From Candidatus Aminicenantes bacterium (GTDB lineage Bacteria; Acidobacteriota; Aminicenantia; Aminicenantales; Aminicenantaceae), in contig JASFPJ010000001.1 in NCBI GenBank assembly GCA_050116035.1, positions 1-42,868 of the forward strand: DNA of 42,868 bases. The letters run 5' to 3'. This document shows positions 1 through 9,454 of this stretch, piece after piece. The translations under genes were made by a program, and so were the position numbers. Position 1 is the stretch's first letter; every line of letters starts with the position of its first letter. The notes beneath the pieces are model-generated. The model had not been told where the DNA came from. It saw only the letters and a program-made list of their open reading frames with translations, and ran no database searches.

Positions 1-623
1 GTATGCCCGGAGGGTAAGCCGACTTCTACCTTTAAGATTTTGCCGATCCGGCCGTTTCGGACAAGTTCGCAGGCGCGGTGGAAGTTGGCCACAGAGCGCT
101 GCCAACTTCCGGTCTGCCAGATTCGGTGATACCGTTTCACGGCATTGCACATGGCCCGCCCTTCCCGGAGGTCGTGTGAAAGAGGCTTTTCTCCATAGAT
201 ATCAAAACCGGCTTGGGCAGCGGCAATGACCGGGATGGCGTGCCAGTGGTCGGGTAATGCAATGGAGACCGCATCAATATCTTTTCGCTGGTAGAGTTTT
301 CTGAAATCATGGTAAACCGCACAACTTTTATTCCCGTATTTCTCGTTGACGATGTCCCTGGCCTGCATCAGGTTATTTTCATCCACATCGCAGACTGCCA
401 CCCACTGGACTTCATCCTTTTCCAGAAAGCTTCTCATGTTGGGAATGCCCATCATGCCAAAGCCAATCCCGGCCATGACTATGCGGTTGCTGGGTGCGGT
501 GGCCCCCGATTTTCCCAGCACAGAGGCGGGGACGATAGAGGGAAAACCTGCCGCGCCAACAGCTGCCACAGATAGACGTTTGAGAAATTGCCTTCGGTTC
601 ATTTCTTTTGGTTTCTTTCTCAT
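1..623 (-). CDS. Gfo/Idh/MocA-family NAD(P)-dependent oxidoreductase with twin-arginine (Tat) signal; partial, C-terminal part lies beyond the left window edge
   Basis: This frame is absent from the ORF track because it stays open to the window edge. Hand translation from ATG at 623 gives MRKKPKEMNRRQFLKRLSVAAVGAAGFPSIVPASVLGKSGATAPSNRIVMAGIGFGMMG...DAVSIALPDHWHA...IYGEKPLSH. It has an RRQFLK Tat motif, a Rossmann start and the EKP motif typical of the family. Confidence 0.8.
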   Translation of the reverse strand, partial: MRKKPKEMNRRQFLKRLSVAAVGAAGFPSIVPASVLGKSGATAPSNRIVMAGIGFGMMGIPNMRSFLEKDEVQWVAVCDVDENNLMQARDIVNEKYGNKSCAVYHDFRKLYQRKDIDAVSIALPDHWHAIPVIAAAQAGFDIYGEKPLSHDLREGRAMCNAVKRYHRIWQTGSWQRSVANFHRACELVRNGRIGKILKVEVGLPSGH

Positions 624-742
624 ATGTCACATCCTGATTTGGAGATTTAATTCACCTGAGTTATGCGTATAGCGAATAATCCAGGCGAATGAGTTGCCAA
701 AACATAAATCGCAGCCAATATTTTTATAAAAATATTTTCAGA

Positions 743-2053
743 TCAGATTAACTCCGTCTCTCCGGGAACAGCAACAGGCCTGACCGGGAGTTTTCCCATC
801 TCATAACGATGAGGAGAAAGGTCCAGTTTGGAAGAGTTCATCACCCAATCCCAGCTTATGGCGCGTCCGGTGTAGGCGCTCATGCGTCCCATGATGGCAG
901 TCAGTGTGCTCTCGGCAATGCGTTTCCCCTCGTTCAAAGGCTTTCCGTTTCTGATGCTGGCGATCAGGTCGGTATGTTCCTGGACATAGGGATTGGGAGA
1001 TTCAGGCTCATAGGTGAACGCCTTGGCTCCCTTGATGTAGCCGTTCGCGCCATCTGTGTAGGAAAAACCCTTTGTGCCGATCACCCGTTCAGAAACGTTG
1101 GTGCTGCATCCGGGAGTCTGGCGGCACATGCTCATCACCCGTGCTCCGTTGGGATACTCATACTCGACGGCAAAGTGGTCAAAGATATTGCCGAAAGCGG
1201 GCGAGGTCCGCACCTGGCGACCGCCCATGCCCATACATTTATCGGGGTGAGAGCCTATGGCCCAGTTGATCACATCCAAGTTATGCACATGCTGTTCAAC
1301 GATGTGGTCTCCTGACAGCCAGGTCAAAAAGAGCCAGTTACGGATTTGCCACTCCATGTCTGTCCAATCCTTGGTTTTATAGTTGGTCCAGTTCTGCCAC
1401 GCCCGTCCGATCCAGAGTGCCCCCATGTTCCAGTAACACTGGCCGGATACGATCTCACCGATGTCCCCACCGTTCACCCGTTTCATGATTTCCAGATAAT
1501 GAGCTTGATGGCGGCGTTGGGTTCCAGCCACGATGCCCAGTCCCTTTTTCTTGGCCAGTTCTGAACTAACAATAACGGAACGCACGCCGACAGGATCCAC
1601 GGCCACCGGCTTTTCCATGAAGATGTGTTTTCCTGCCTCCACAGCCGCCTTGAGATGCTTGGGCCGGAAATGAGGGGGTGAGGCCAGGATGACCAGGTCT
1701 ATATCTGAGGCCAGGATTTGTTTGTAGGCGTCGAAACCGGAAAAGCATGCAGACGGTTTGATCGCAAGATTCTTTTTGTCGAGCTTTTCCGTGAGCCGTT
1801 TCAGGGAACTTTCCCAGCGGTCCTGAAAGATATCGCCTAAGGACGTGATGACTACATTCGGAGAAGACCGGACACAGTCGATGGCGGCGCCTGTTCCCCT
1901 TCCTCCGCAGCCGACCAGCCCGACCCGGATCTTTTTCGAACCAGCCGCAGAAAGGATCCCGGTTCCGGACACAGCTGCAGCCAGCGAGGCTGCAGAGGTC
2001 ACTTTAATAAATTCGCGTCTGGATAGGCCCTGTTTTGTTTTTTTGTTTTTCAT
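743..2053 (-). CDS. Gfo/Idh/MocA-family oxidoreductase, Tat-exported
   Basis: The track ORF is 743..2065 with a GTG start. I prefer the ATG at 2053, which lies 11 nt downstream of AAGGAG. N-terminus MKNKKTKQGLSRREFIKVTSAASLAAAVSG is a Tat signal. KIRVGLVGCGGRG is a Rossmann motif and FMEKPVA is the EKP motif. Confidence 0.88.
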   Translation of the reverse strand: MKNKKTKQGLSRREFIKVTSAASLAAAVSGTGILSAAGSKKIRVGLVGCGGRGTGAAIDCVRSSPNVVITSLGDIFQDRWESSLKRLTEKLDKKNLAIKPSACFSGFDAYKQILASDIDLVILASPPHFRPKHLKAAVEAGKHIFMEKPVAVDPVGVRSVIVSSELAKKKGLGIVAGTQRRHQAHYLEIMKRVNGGDIGEIVSGQCYWNMGALWIGRAWQNWTNYKTKDWTDMEWQIRNWLFLTWLSGDHIVEQHVHNLDVINWAIGSHPDKCMGMGGRQVRTSPAFGNIFDHFAVEYEYPNGARVMSMCRQTPGCSTNVSERVIGTKGFSYTDGANGYIKGAKAFTYEPESPNPYVQEHTDLIASIRNGKPLNEGKRIAESTLTAIMGRMSAYTGRAISWDWVMNSSKLDLSPHRYEMGKLPVRPVAVPGETELI

Positions 2054-2149
2054 TTCTCTATTCACTCCTTAAAATTTATTCATTGAATGGTCTCGATTTC
2101 AATAAATACTGAATTATTCTGACCGCAAAATCAGCTCCGCTTTTTCTGA

Positions 2150-3109
2150 TTAAAAATCATCGCAGGTCCTGTAGGCGGCGATCACAGCTTTTTCTCCTTC
2201 TCGACCTGGCTGGCTTTTGCCGTGCTCCATGCACAGCACGCCGTCATACCCTTTATTGTGCAGGTGTTTGAAAATATTCTTGTAGTTGATTTCACCGGTA
2301 GTTGGCTCCTTGCGGCCAGGAGAGTCTCCCAAGTGAAAGCTGGCGATCTCCTCCCATGCTCTGTCGATGTTCGGGATCAAGTTACCTTCGGTGATCTGCT
2401 GGTGGTAGAGGTCATTGACGATCTTGCAGTAGGGACTGTTGACAGCCCGGCAGATCTGGTAGGCCTGGGGAATTTTGGTCAGGAAAAGACCAGGATGGTT
2501 CCACGGATTCAGAGGCTCGATCACGATCACAAGGCCTGCCGGTTCACAGATCTCCACACACCTTTTGAGGTTTTCGACAACATTGGCGGTCTGGTAATCC
2601 CATTCCAGGCTTTCATCGTAACGTCCGGGGACAACAAGGGTCCATTTGGCATTGGTGCGTTTGGCTGTTGCCACAGCGTCTTTCATCGTTTGAGCGAGCA
2701 TCTTCTGGATGTCTTTGTCCTGAGTGACGAATGATTTTATCTTGAAGTCCGCGTATGCGACAAAAGGACCCAGAGTCATATTCAGCCGGGCCATTTCCTT
2801 TGAGATGGCTTCCTGTGTCTGGACAGGACGCCTCATGAGACCGTTGTCGAACATGGCGCGGAATCCCTGGTCAGCCATGAATTTGAGCTGGTCTAATGGA
2901 TCTTTGCCCGCGTGCTCTCTAAACATACCCAGAGAGGGGGCATATTTGAGCTTGAAGCCGGGTGAAGCGGTTCTCGGATGAGTGTTTCTTTTTCCGGCAT
3001 GGAGTGGGATTGCAGATAGTGCCGCTGCGCCCATGGCCGCACCGCCGATAAACTGACGCCGTGATAATCTTCTGGGTTGCGAGGGAAAATCTTTTTTTTG
3101 TTGTGACAC
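2150..3109 (-). CDS. Xylose-isomerase-like TIM-barrel protein (sugar phosphate isomerase/epimerase, hydroxypyruvate-isomerase-like) with Tat signal
   Basis: 319 aa. GTG start at 3109 follows AGGAGG with a 5-nt spacer. N-terminus ...PRRLSRRQFIGGAAMGAAALSA is a Tat signal. The body (VIVIEPLNP, LCMEHG) resembles Hyi/AP-endonuclease-2 TIM barrels. Confidence 0.8.
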   Translation of the reverse strand: MSQQKKDFPSQPRRLSRRQFIGGAAMGAAALSAIPLHAGKRNTHPRTASPGFKLKYAPSLGMFREHAGKDPLDQLKFMADQGFRAMFDNGLMRRPVQTQEAISKEMARLNMTLGPFVAYADFKIKSFVTQDKDIQKMLAQTMKDAVATAKRTNAKWTLVVPGRYDESLEWDYQTANVVENLKRCVEICEPAGLVIVIEPLNPWNHPGLFLTKIPQAYQICRAVNSPYCKIVNDLYHQQITEGNLIPNIDRAWEEIASFHLGDSPGRKEPTTGEINYKNIFKHLHNKGYDGVLCMEHGKSQPGREGEKAVIAAYRTCDDF

Positions 3110-3628
3110 CTTGCCCTCCTTAGGATTTAAATTGAATTATATTGAAAATAGATCTGTGATTACGTGTCATCTTCTTCGAATAAGACAACATGATGGATGC
3201 TTGAAATGACACTGAACGGCTGTGTCAGCGGACTGTTTGTAAGGTATTTCTGTGGATTTTTAACGAGGCAGGAATGATTATCGAGGTGTTCCACGCAGCC
3301 GGTCCCGTGCCCATCACGCCAGCATTCTATAAGAAGGAAGATAAATTTTCAATAGGAGCGGGAGAGGTTATATCAGGGAATGATTTGAGAATTTGGAGTG
3401 GAATATTAAAGAGCAGATGTCAAGACAAATGAATCATACAGGGGAATCGAGATTAAGGTTCCAGAGGCAAGTATTATCAATTTTTTTGCTGAGGAGGGAA
3501 GAAAAGACAGATGTTTTTCGTCTAAAAAAATATAACGTAGAGTTATTGAGAGATGTGTCTAAATAAAAGGTGTCAAGTCTATCCTTGCGAAATCCTTTCA
3601 CTCTTTAAATACAAAGATTGGAGTCCTC

Positions 3629-4309
3629 ATGATGATTCGAAAGATTAAATGCACTTCCCTTCTTTTCAGTTTATGCGTTTTGCTCTTGTTACAAGGTATT
3701 GGCTCCGGCCTTTCTCTGACACCAACAAAGGACCAAAGCCTGGATGAGAAAGTCAGGAGTTTTCTCGACAGCCACAGATATTCATGGCGGGACATGAATG
3801 TTTCTGAGTCTGATGGAAAAGTCCTGTATGACATTATTGTCAAGAATAACTACACGAAGGCGCTGGAGATCGGAACGTCCACCGGGCATTCTGGCATATG
3901 GATTGCCTGGGCGCTCAGTAAAACCGGGGGAAAGCTGGTCACAGTTGAGATTAACGAGCGCCGGTACAGAGAGGCCCTGGCGAATTTTGAAGAAGCCGGG
4001 CTTTCCGAGTACATTGATGCCAGGCTTGCCGACGCCCATGAGCTTGTGCCGAAGCTCGAAGGTCCCTTCGATTTTGTGTTTTGTGATGCGGATAAGGGCT
4101 GGTACAAGAATTATCTCATAGCAGTCTTGCCAAAGCTTGAGGTGGGCGGATGCTTTACTGCTCATAATGTTTCTGCACGACGGGGAAGACGCCAGTACGG
4201 GATCGGCGGATTTGTGGATTATCTGGAAAGCCTGTCCTACATGGAAACAACGTATGATTCTTCAAGCTGGGCCGGCATTTCTATCAGTTACAAGAAGTCT
4301 GAAAAATAA
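3629..4309 (+). CDS. Class I SAM-dependent O-methyltransferase (family 3, catechol/caffeoyl-CoA type) with N-terminal signal peptide or membrane anchor
   Basis: 226 aa. Hydrophobic N-terminus MMIRKIKCTSLLFSLCVLLLLQGIGSG. SAM motif I ALEIGTSTGHSGIWIA, then VTVEIN and FDFVFCDADK. GGAG lies upstream of the ATG. Confidence 0.8.
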   Translation: MMIRKIKCTSLLFSLCVLLLLQGIGSGLSLTPTKDQSLDEKVRSFLDSHRYSWRDMNVSESDGKVLYDIIVKNNYTKALEIGTSTGHSGIWIAWALSKTGGKLVTVEINERRYREALANFEEAGLSEYIDARLADAHELVPKLEGPFDFVFCDADKGWYKNYLIAVLPKLEVGGCFTAHNVSARRGRRQYGIGGFVDYLESLSYMETTYDSSSWAGISISYKKSEK

Positions 4310-4613
4310 TTTGTGTACAAAATAATATTTGAGTAAGAGCCATTAAATTGAGTAGGTTCCTTTGCCGGATTATTCAGGAATTTAAATCAATAGTAAAAAT
4401 TAATATAAATAACCTGGATTATTCGAAGGGTAAAAGATGCCGGCATAGAGTGAATGAATGAACACTAAAGGAAGTTCGAATCTTAATCGTGAGAAAAATC
4501 TACATAAAGAGCTCATATCATTGAAAATATATATAGTGTCGGCATATTTTATGAATGATTCAGGATACTCAATCGAGGGAGTATGCTCCCGGGAGGATTG
4601 AGGAGGAGGTCAA

Positions 4614-7600
4614 ATGAACAAATTAGGGCTAAAATCATCTATTTTTTTCGCAATCGCACTTTTAATTTTCAGCCAGTCATTGTTTGCTCAGACTGATCCT
4701 GAGCTGTTTTCCGGATTAAGAGCCAGGAGCATCGGGCCGGCAAACATGAGCGGACGCATAGGCTCCATCGATGCAGTTGCCTCGAACCCCAACATCATTT
4801 ATGTCGGGACAGCCACAGGCGGACTCTGGAAATCAGAGGATGGAGGCCTAACCTGGACTCCCATTCTTGATGACAAGCCAGTCTCTTCCATCGGGGCTGT
4901 CGCCATTAACCAGGCCAATCCAAACATTGTCTGGGTAGGAACCGGAGAAGCGACGCCGAGAAATAGCGTAGGCGTGGGCCGGGGTGTGTACCTGACCATC
5001 GACGGCGGAAAAACCTGGGAGTTCCTTGGCCTGGAGAAGACTGAAAAGATCTGCAAGATTTTTCTCCATCCGGATGATCCGGATGTGGCTTATGTGGGTG
5101 CCATGGGCACGACCTGGGGAGAAAACGCTGAACGAGGCGTTTACAAGACAGAAGACAGAGGAAAAACCTGGAAGAAAATCCTATTCGTGGACAATAAAAC
5201 CGGAGTGGCGGATATGGCGATGGACCCCAAGAATCCGAATAAAATTATTGCGGCCATGTGGGAGCATCGGCGATGGCCCTGGTTTTTTAAGTCCGGTGGA
5301 CCCGGAAGCGGCCTCTACATCACGGTGAACGGCGGAAAAACCTGGAAGAAGTTGACGGATAAAGACGGCCTTCCCAAGGGAGAACTGGGACGCATGGGAA
5401 TCGCGTTTTCCGCAAACAAACCGGAGATTGTCTATGCCCTGGTCGAGGCCACAAAGAGTGTTCTGCTTCGCTCGAGTGACGGCGGATTCAACTGGCAGGT
5501 CGTCAATGACGAGTCAAATGTCGGCAACCGTCCTTTCTATTATCACCGGATCTGGGTCAATCCCGCGAACGAGAATATCCTGTACATGCTCCATTCTCGA
5601 ATGATGATCAGCGAGGATGCAGGCAAAACGTTCAGAAACTTGACTGGATTTCAACAGGCTCATTCGGATTTTCACGCCATGTGGATTCACCCCGACGGAG
5701 AGATGATGGTCGTCGGCAATGACGGCGGCGTTGTGATCAGCTATAACCGGGGCCATACTTGGCGCTTTGTCGAAAACCTCCCGCTCGGCCAGTTCTACCA
5801 TGTGAGCTTCGACATGCAGCTTCCTTACAACGTCTACGGCGGTCTTCAGGATAACGGCTCCTGGGTGGGACCGGCCTATGTTCTGAAGGAAAGAGCTGTC
5901 TACAGCTATATGTGGATAACGGTCGGTGGCGGCGACGGGTTTGACACCGAGCCAGACCCGGAGAAACCCGGAGCCGGATATGGTATGTCTCAAGGAGGAT
6001 ACCTGTATTATTTTGACACGACACTCGGGACCAGCCGAGGCATTGTCCCGACAGAATCAGATGTCAAGCACAGGTACCATTGGAATGCCGGCTTTGCAGT
6101 AGACCCATTCAAGCCGGCCACAATATATCTCGGGAGCCAATTCGTCCACCGCAGCCCGGACAAGGGAAGAACTTGGGAGATTATCAGCCCGGACCTGACC
6201 ACTAATGACCCTGAGAAACAGAAGCAGGCGGACAGCGGAGGCCTGACTCTGGATGTCACCAACGCGGAGAACCATACCACTATCCTCTGTATCGCTCCCA
6301 GTCCGGTGCAGGAAGGCGTGATCTGGGTCGGAACAGATGACGGGAATGTGCAGGTGACCCGGGACGCGGGGAAGACCTGGCAGCTCGTATCTAAAGATCT
6401 GACCAGCGGGAAAAAGGGAAAAGCTCCTCCGGCCACATGGGTTCCGCATGTTGAGGCCTCGAAATTTGACGTGGCCACAGCCTATGTGGTGTTCGACGAT
6501 CACCGCCGGTCCAACTGGACGACCTATGTCTATGTGACTCATGATTTTGGGAAGAACTGGAAAAGTTTAGCGACTCCAGAAATCGATGGCTTTGTGCATG
6601 TGATTGAGGAGGATGCAGTCAACAAGAATCTGCTGTTTCTGGGAACAGAATTTGGACTCTATGTCAGCTTCAACGGAGGGAAGAATTGGATGAAATGGAC
6701 GCATGGAGTTCCCACTGTCCCGGTGCGGGACCTGGCTGTTCATCCGCGCGAGAACGACCTGATTATCGGCACCCATGGCCGGTCGATCTATATCATAGAT
6801 GATATCTCACCCCTGCGGGAGATTTCAGACGAGCTGCTAAAAAAGAAACTCCATCTCTTCAAGGTTCAGGATGCCGTCCAATTCCAACAGGGACGAATGA
6901 GTTCGCACCAGAGTCCTGGTGACACAGTTTATGCAGGAGAAAACAAGAGAATGGGAGCCTGCTTCACCTATTTTCTCATCCCCAGCGAGCGCAAAACAGA
7001 AGAGACGGAGTCAGCAGAGAGAGACGAGACGAGACAGCAGATGATGGCCCGGATGAGGCAGATGGGAGGAAGGGGCCAATTCCCCGGCATGAGGATGGGG
7101 CGAACCTCCTCCCGTGTGGCTATCACCATCGAAAACAGTGAGGGGAAAGCCATAGCCAGTTTGAACGGGACAGAAAACAAAGGGATTAACCGGGTTTACT
7201 GGAATTTTAGAGAACAGGAACCCAGAACTCCCACTCCAGGACAACCCAGAGGCTTTATGAGGGGTGGCATGACAGCCCTGCCCGGTGAATACACGGTGAA
7301 AATTAAATATGACGACCAGGAGATGAGTCAGCCCTTCACTTTTAAAAGCGACCCACGCATAGAAGTTGACCTGGATGTTCTCAAAACAAATTATGAGAAG
7401 GGCAAAAAAGCTCAGAATTTATCAAGTACGATAAACTCTGCGGGGCAACAGATTGAAGAAACACAGAAGGCGGTTCAGACAGTAGTGGAGGCGGCCCGGA
7501 CTGTCCGTTCTCCCAAAACCAGAGATTTGATGAAAGCGGCTCGGGAGCTCGAAGCCAAGTTAAAAGAGTTGTCCGAAATTTTGAATCCGACACCACCCAA

Positions 7601-7859
7601 ACAGGGAATCGCTGACCGTTCAGCCGGATTGAGAACCCAGGTGATGCGGGCAGTATCGGGAATAACGAGAGCGGGAAATGAACCCATTAGCCAAGCGGCC
7701 GAGGTAATGTATGAGAAGGTTAAGGCCAAGCTCGAAACCTTCTTGGAAAAGTTCAATTCTGTCTTTCAAACCGATGTCGAGAACTTCAAAAAAATGCTAG
7801 AGGAATCAGATTTCTCGCTTTTCAAACCGTTCAAACCGTTGAAGTTGGAAGATAAGTAG
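4614..7859 (+). CDS. Secreted BNR/Asp-box repeat protein (sortilin/VPS10- or GH74-like tandem beta-propellers) with C-terminal Ig-like and helical extension
   Basis: 1081 aa. Signal peptide ends ...FSQSLFAQ. About 11 Asp-box motifs are present (SEDGGLTW, TIDGGKTW, TEDRGKTW, TVNGGKTW, SSDGGFNW, SEDAGKTF, SPDKGRTW, TRDAGKTW, THDFGKNW, SFNGGKNW). Strong RBS GAGGAGGAGG. Confidence 0.85.
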   Translation: MNKLGLKSSIFFAIALLIFSQSLFAQTDPELFSGLRARSIGPANMSGRIGSIDAVASNPNIIYVGTATGGLWKSEDGGLTWTPILDDKPVSSIGAVAINQANPNIVWVGTGEATPRNSVGVGRGVYLTIDGGKTWEFLGLEKTEKICKIFLHPDDPDVAYVGAMGTTWGENAERGVYKTEDRGKTWKKILFVDNKTGVADMAMDPKNPNKIIAAMWEHRRWPWFFKSGGPGSGLYITVNGGKTWKKLTDKDGLPKGELGRMGIAFSANKPEIVYALVEATKSVLLRSSDGGFNWQVVNDESNVGNRPFYYHRIWVNPANENILYMLHSRMMISEDAGKTFRNLTGFQQAHSDFHAMWIHPDGEMMVVGNDGGVVISYNRGHTWRFVENLPLGQFYHVSFDMQLPYNVYGGLQDNGSWVGPAYVLKERAVYSYMWITVGGGDGFDTEPDPEKPGAGYGMSQGGYLYYFDTTLGTSRGIVPTESDVKHRYHWNAGFAVDPFKPATIYLGSQFVHRSPDKGRTWEIISPDLTTNDPEKQKQADSGGLTLDVTNAENHTTILCIAPSPVQEGVIWVGTDDGNVQVTRDAGKTWQLVSKDLTSGKKGKAPPATWVPHVEASKFDVATAYVVFDDHRRSNWTTYVYVTHDFGKNWKSLATPEIDGFVHVIEEDAVNKNLLFLGTEFGLYVSFNGGKNWMKWTHGVPTVPVRDLAVHPRENDLIIGTHGRSIYIIDDISPLREISDELLKKKLHLFKVQDAVQFQQGRMSSHQSPGDTVYAGENKRMGACFTYFLIPSERKTEETESAERDETRQQMMARMRQMGGRGQFPGMRMGRTSSRVAITIENSEGKAIASLNGTENKGINRVYWNFREQEPRTPTPGQPRGFMRGGMTALPGEYTVKIKYDDQEMSQPFTFKSDPRIEVDLDVLKTNYEKGKKAQNLSSTINSAGQQIEETQKAVQTVVEAARTVRSPKTRDLMKAARELEAKLKELSEILNPTPPKQGIADRSAGLRTQVMRAVSGITRAGNEPISQAAEVMYEKVKAKLETFLEKFNSVFQTDVENFKKMLEESDFSLFKPFKPLKLEDK

Positions 7860-8019
7860 AAAAATCAAATATTTCCGGAAGTGTGATGTCTAATAAATGC
7901 TAGCTTTGCAGATTTTAATGGAATACAGACTATTAATAAACAGGGCATCATGAAGATTTTCCTATTACTATTTTGATTGAAAACTATTGATAAACCGCCC
8001 TGGAGGGAGGCAATGATCC

Positions 8020-8694
8020 ATGCTGCCGAGAGTCATTCTACACAATGAAGTGAGTGTCGATGGACGGATAGACAGGTTCACGCCGAACATCGCTCTATTC
8101 TACGAGGTGGCTTCACACTGGAAAGAGGATGCAACCCTGGCCGGATGCGACACTCTGTTGAAGGCCATGGAAGCAGAGCAGGTGAAAAATGAGGCTAATA
8201 AGGCTGATAAGTCCACGGAGATAGATCCGAAGGACTCCCGTCCCTTACTTGTCATTCCGGATAGCTCCGGAAGATTGAAAAACTGGAATTACTGGCGAAA
8301 GCAACCGTACTGGAGGGATGGTGTCGCTCTGTGTTCACTCACCACTCCGAAATCTCACCTGGATTATCTCCAGGAACAGCATATAAGCACCATAGTAGCA
8401 GGCGATGATCATGTGGATTTGAAAAAGGCTCTTAAGGAGCTCTATAAGCAGTATGAAGTCAAGATCATCCGTGTGGACAGCGGGGGCACGCTCAACGGGG
8501 CTCTTCTTCGGGCAGGGCTTGTGGACGAAATCAGCGTGCTTCTCAATCCATGCCTTGTCGGAAGCAAAGGCTCGAATTCCTTGTTTAAGGCTTTGGATCT
8601 GACAGAGTCAGAAGGAACGATCCAGCTCTTGTTAACCCATATGGAAAAGTTGAAGGATGAAGTCGTCTGGCTGAGGTATGAGACACTCTACTAA
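8020..8694 (+). CDS. RibD C-terminal domain / dihydrofolate-reductase-like family protein (pyrimidine reductase-like)
   Basis: 224 aa. MLPRVILHNEVSVDGRI... and ...IRVDSGGTLNGALLRAGLVDEISVLLNPCLVG match the RibD_C/archaeal pyrimidine reductase pattern. GGAGGGAGG RBS. Confidence 0.7.
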   Translation: MLPRVILHNEVSVDGRIDRFTPNIALFYEVASHWKEDATLAGCDTLLKAMEAEQVKNEANKADKSTEIDPKDSRPLLVIPDSSGRLKNWNYWRKQPYWRDGVALCSLTTPKSHLDYLQEQHISTIVAGDDHVDLKKALKELYKQYEVKIIRVDSGGTLNGALLRAGLVDEISVLLNPCLVGSKGSNSLFKALDLTESEGTIQLLLTHMEKLKDEVVWLRYETLY

Positions 8695-8848
8695 GAACTG
8701 ATTATTCTATGTGCCAGAATGTGTTTTCCTCATAACAGAGCCCAGCTTTAAGCTCAGAAGATACCTGTCTTACAAGATTGGACCGGTTCGAATCAAACAT
8801 AAATAAAGACTGAAATTTATATATGGACAGGGTTTTCAAGGAAAGTAT

Positions 8849-9454
8849 TTATTTCCCTTTTCTCCAGAACATGAAAGAGCCGATAATCGGGATATGATTA
8901 GCTCCCGTTTCTTTCATCGGAAAGATGCCTTTCATCACTAACCTGACATCTTCGACTGTGTAGAATGCGTTTGGATTGAAACCTCTGATAACCTCACCGA
9001 TGGCTTCCAGATCATGGCGTTTGATGATGATATAAATGACGTGGACATTGCCCTCAGATCCCTCAGCTTGAATACTTGTCACTCCGTATCCGCTGGAACG
9101 AAGATGCTCGATGAGTGGAGTGGCATCTTTACGGGTAATGATCCTGACGATGGAATTCCCGATGGCCAATCTTTTCTCGATAAAGATTCCGATAAAATTC
9201 CCCATGGCAAAACCCGTGCCGTAGGCGATATAACAGGCCCAGTTGTTTAAGTTTTCCATAATCACCCGGAGGGCCAATAGCCATATGATGACTTCAAAGA
9301 ATCCAACCAACGGAGCCAGGTATTTCAGCCCTCTCGAAACAAAAATAATGCGTAGTGTTTGCAGGCTGACGTCCAGCACTCTGGCTGAAAAGATAAGAAA
9401 GGGCAGGATAACCCATGTGAATACATCTGAACCGACCGCTGCATCCAGGTTCAT
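8849..9454 (-). CDS. UPF0316 family membrane protein (DUF5698 + DUF2179)
   Basis: 201 aa. N-terminal TM helices with VLDVSLQTLRIIFVSRG. The C-terminal soluble domain ...VRIITRKD...GYGVTSIQAEGSEG...IYIIIKR is typical of DUF2179. AAGGAG RBS. Confidence 0.8.
   Translation of the reverse strand: MNLDAAVGSDVFTWVILPFLIFSARVLDVSLQTLRIIFVSRGLKYLAPLVGFFEVIIWLLALRVIMENLNNWACYIAYGTGFAMGNFIGIFIEKRLAIGNSIVRIITRKDATPLIEHLRSSGYGVTSIQAEGSEGNVHVIYIIIKRHDLEAIGEVIRGFNPNAFYTVEDVRLVMKGIFPMKETGANHIPIIGSFMFWRKGK

Noticed and set aside
8720-8800. GGTTCGAATC string (8785-8794) resembling a tRNA T-loop.
   Set aside because: The flanking bases do not form a T-stem. No acceptor, D or anticodon arms can be drawn, so this is not a tRNA.
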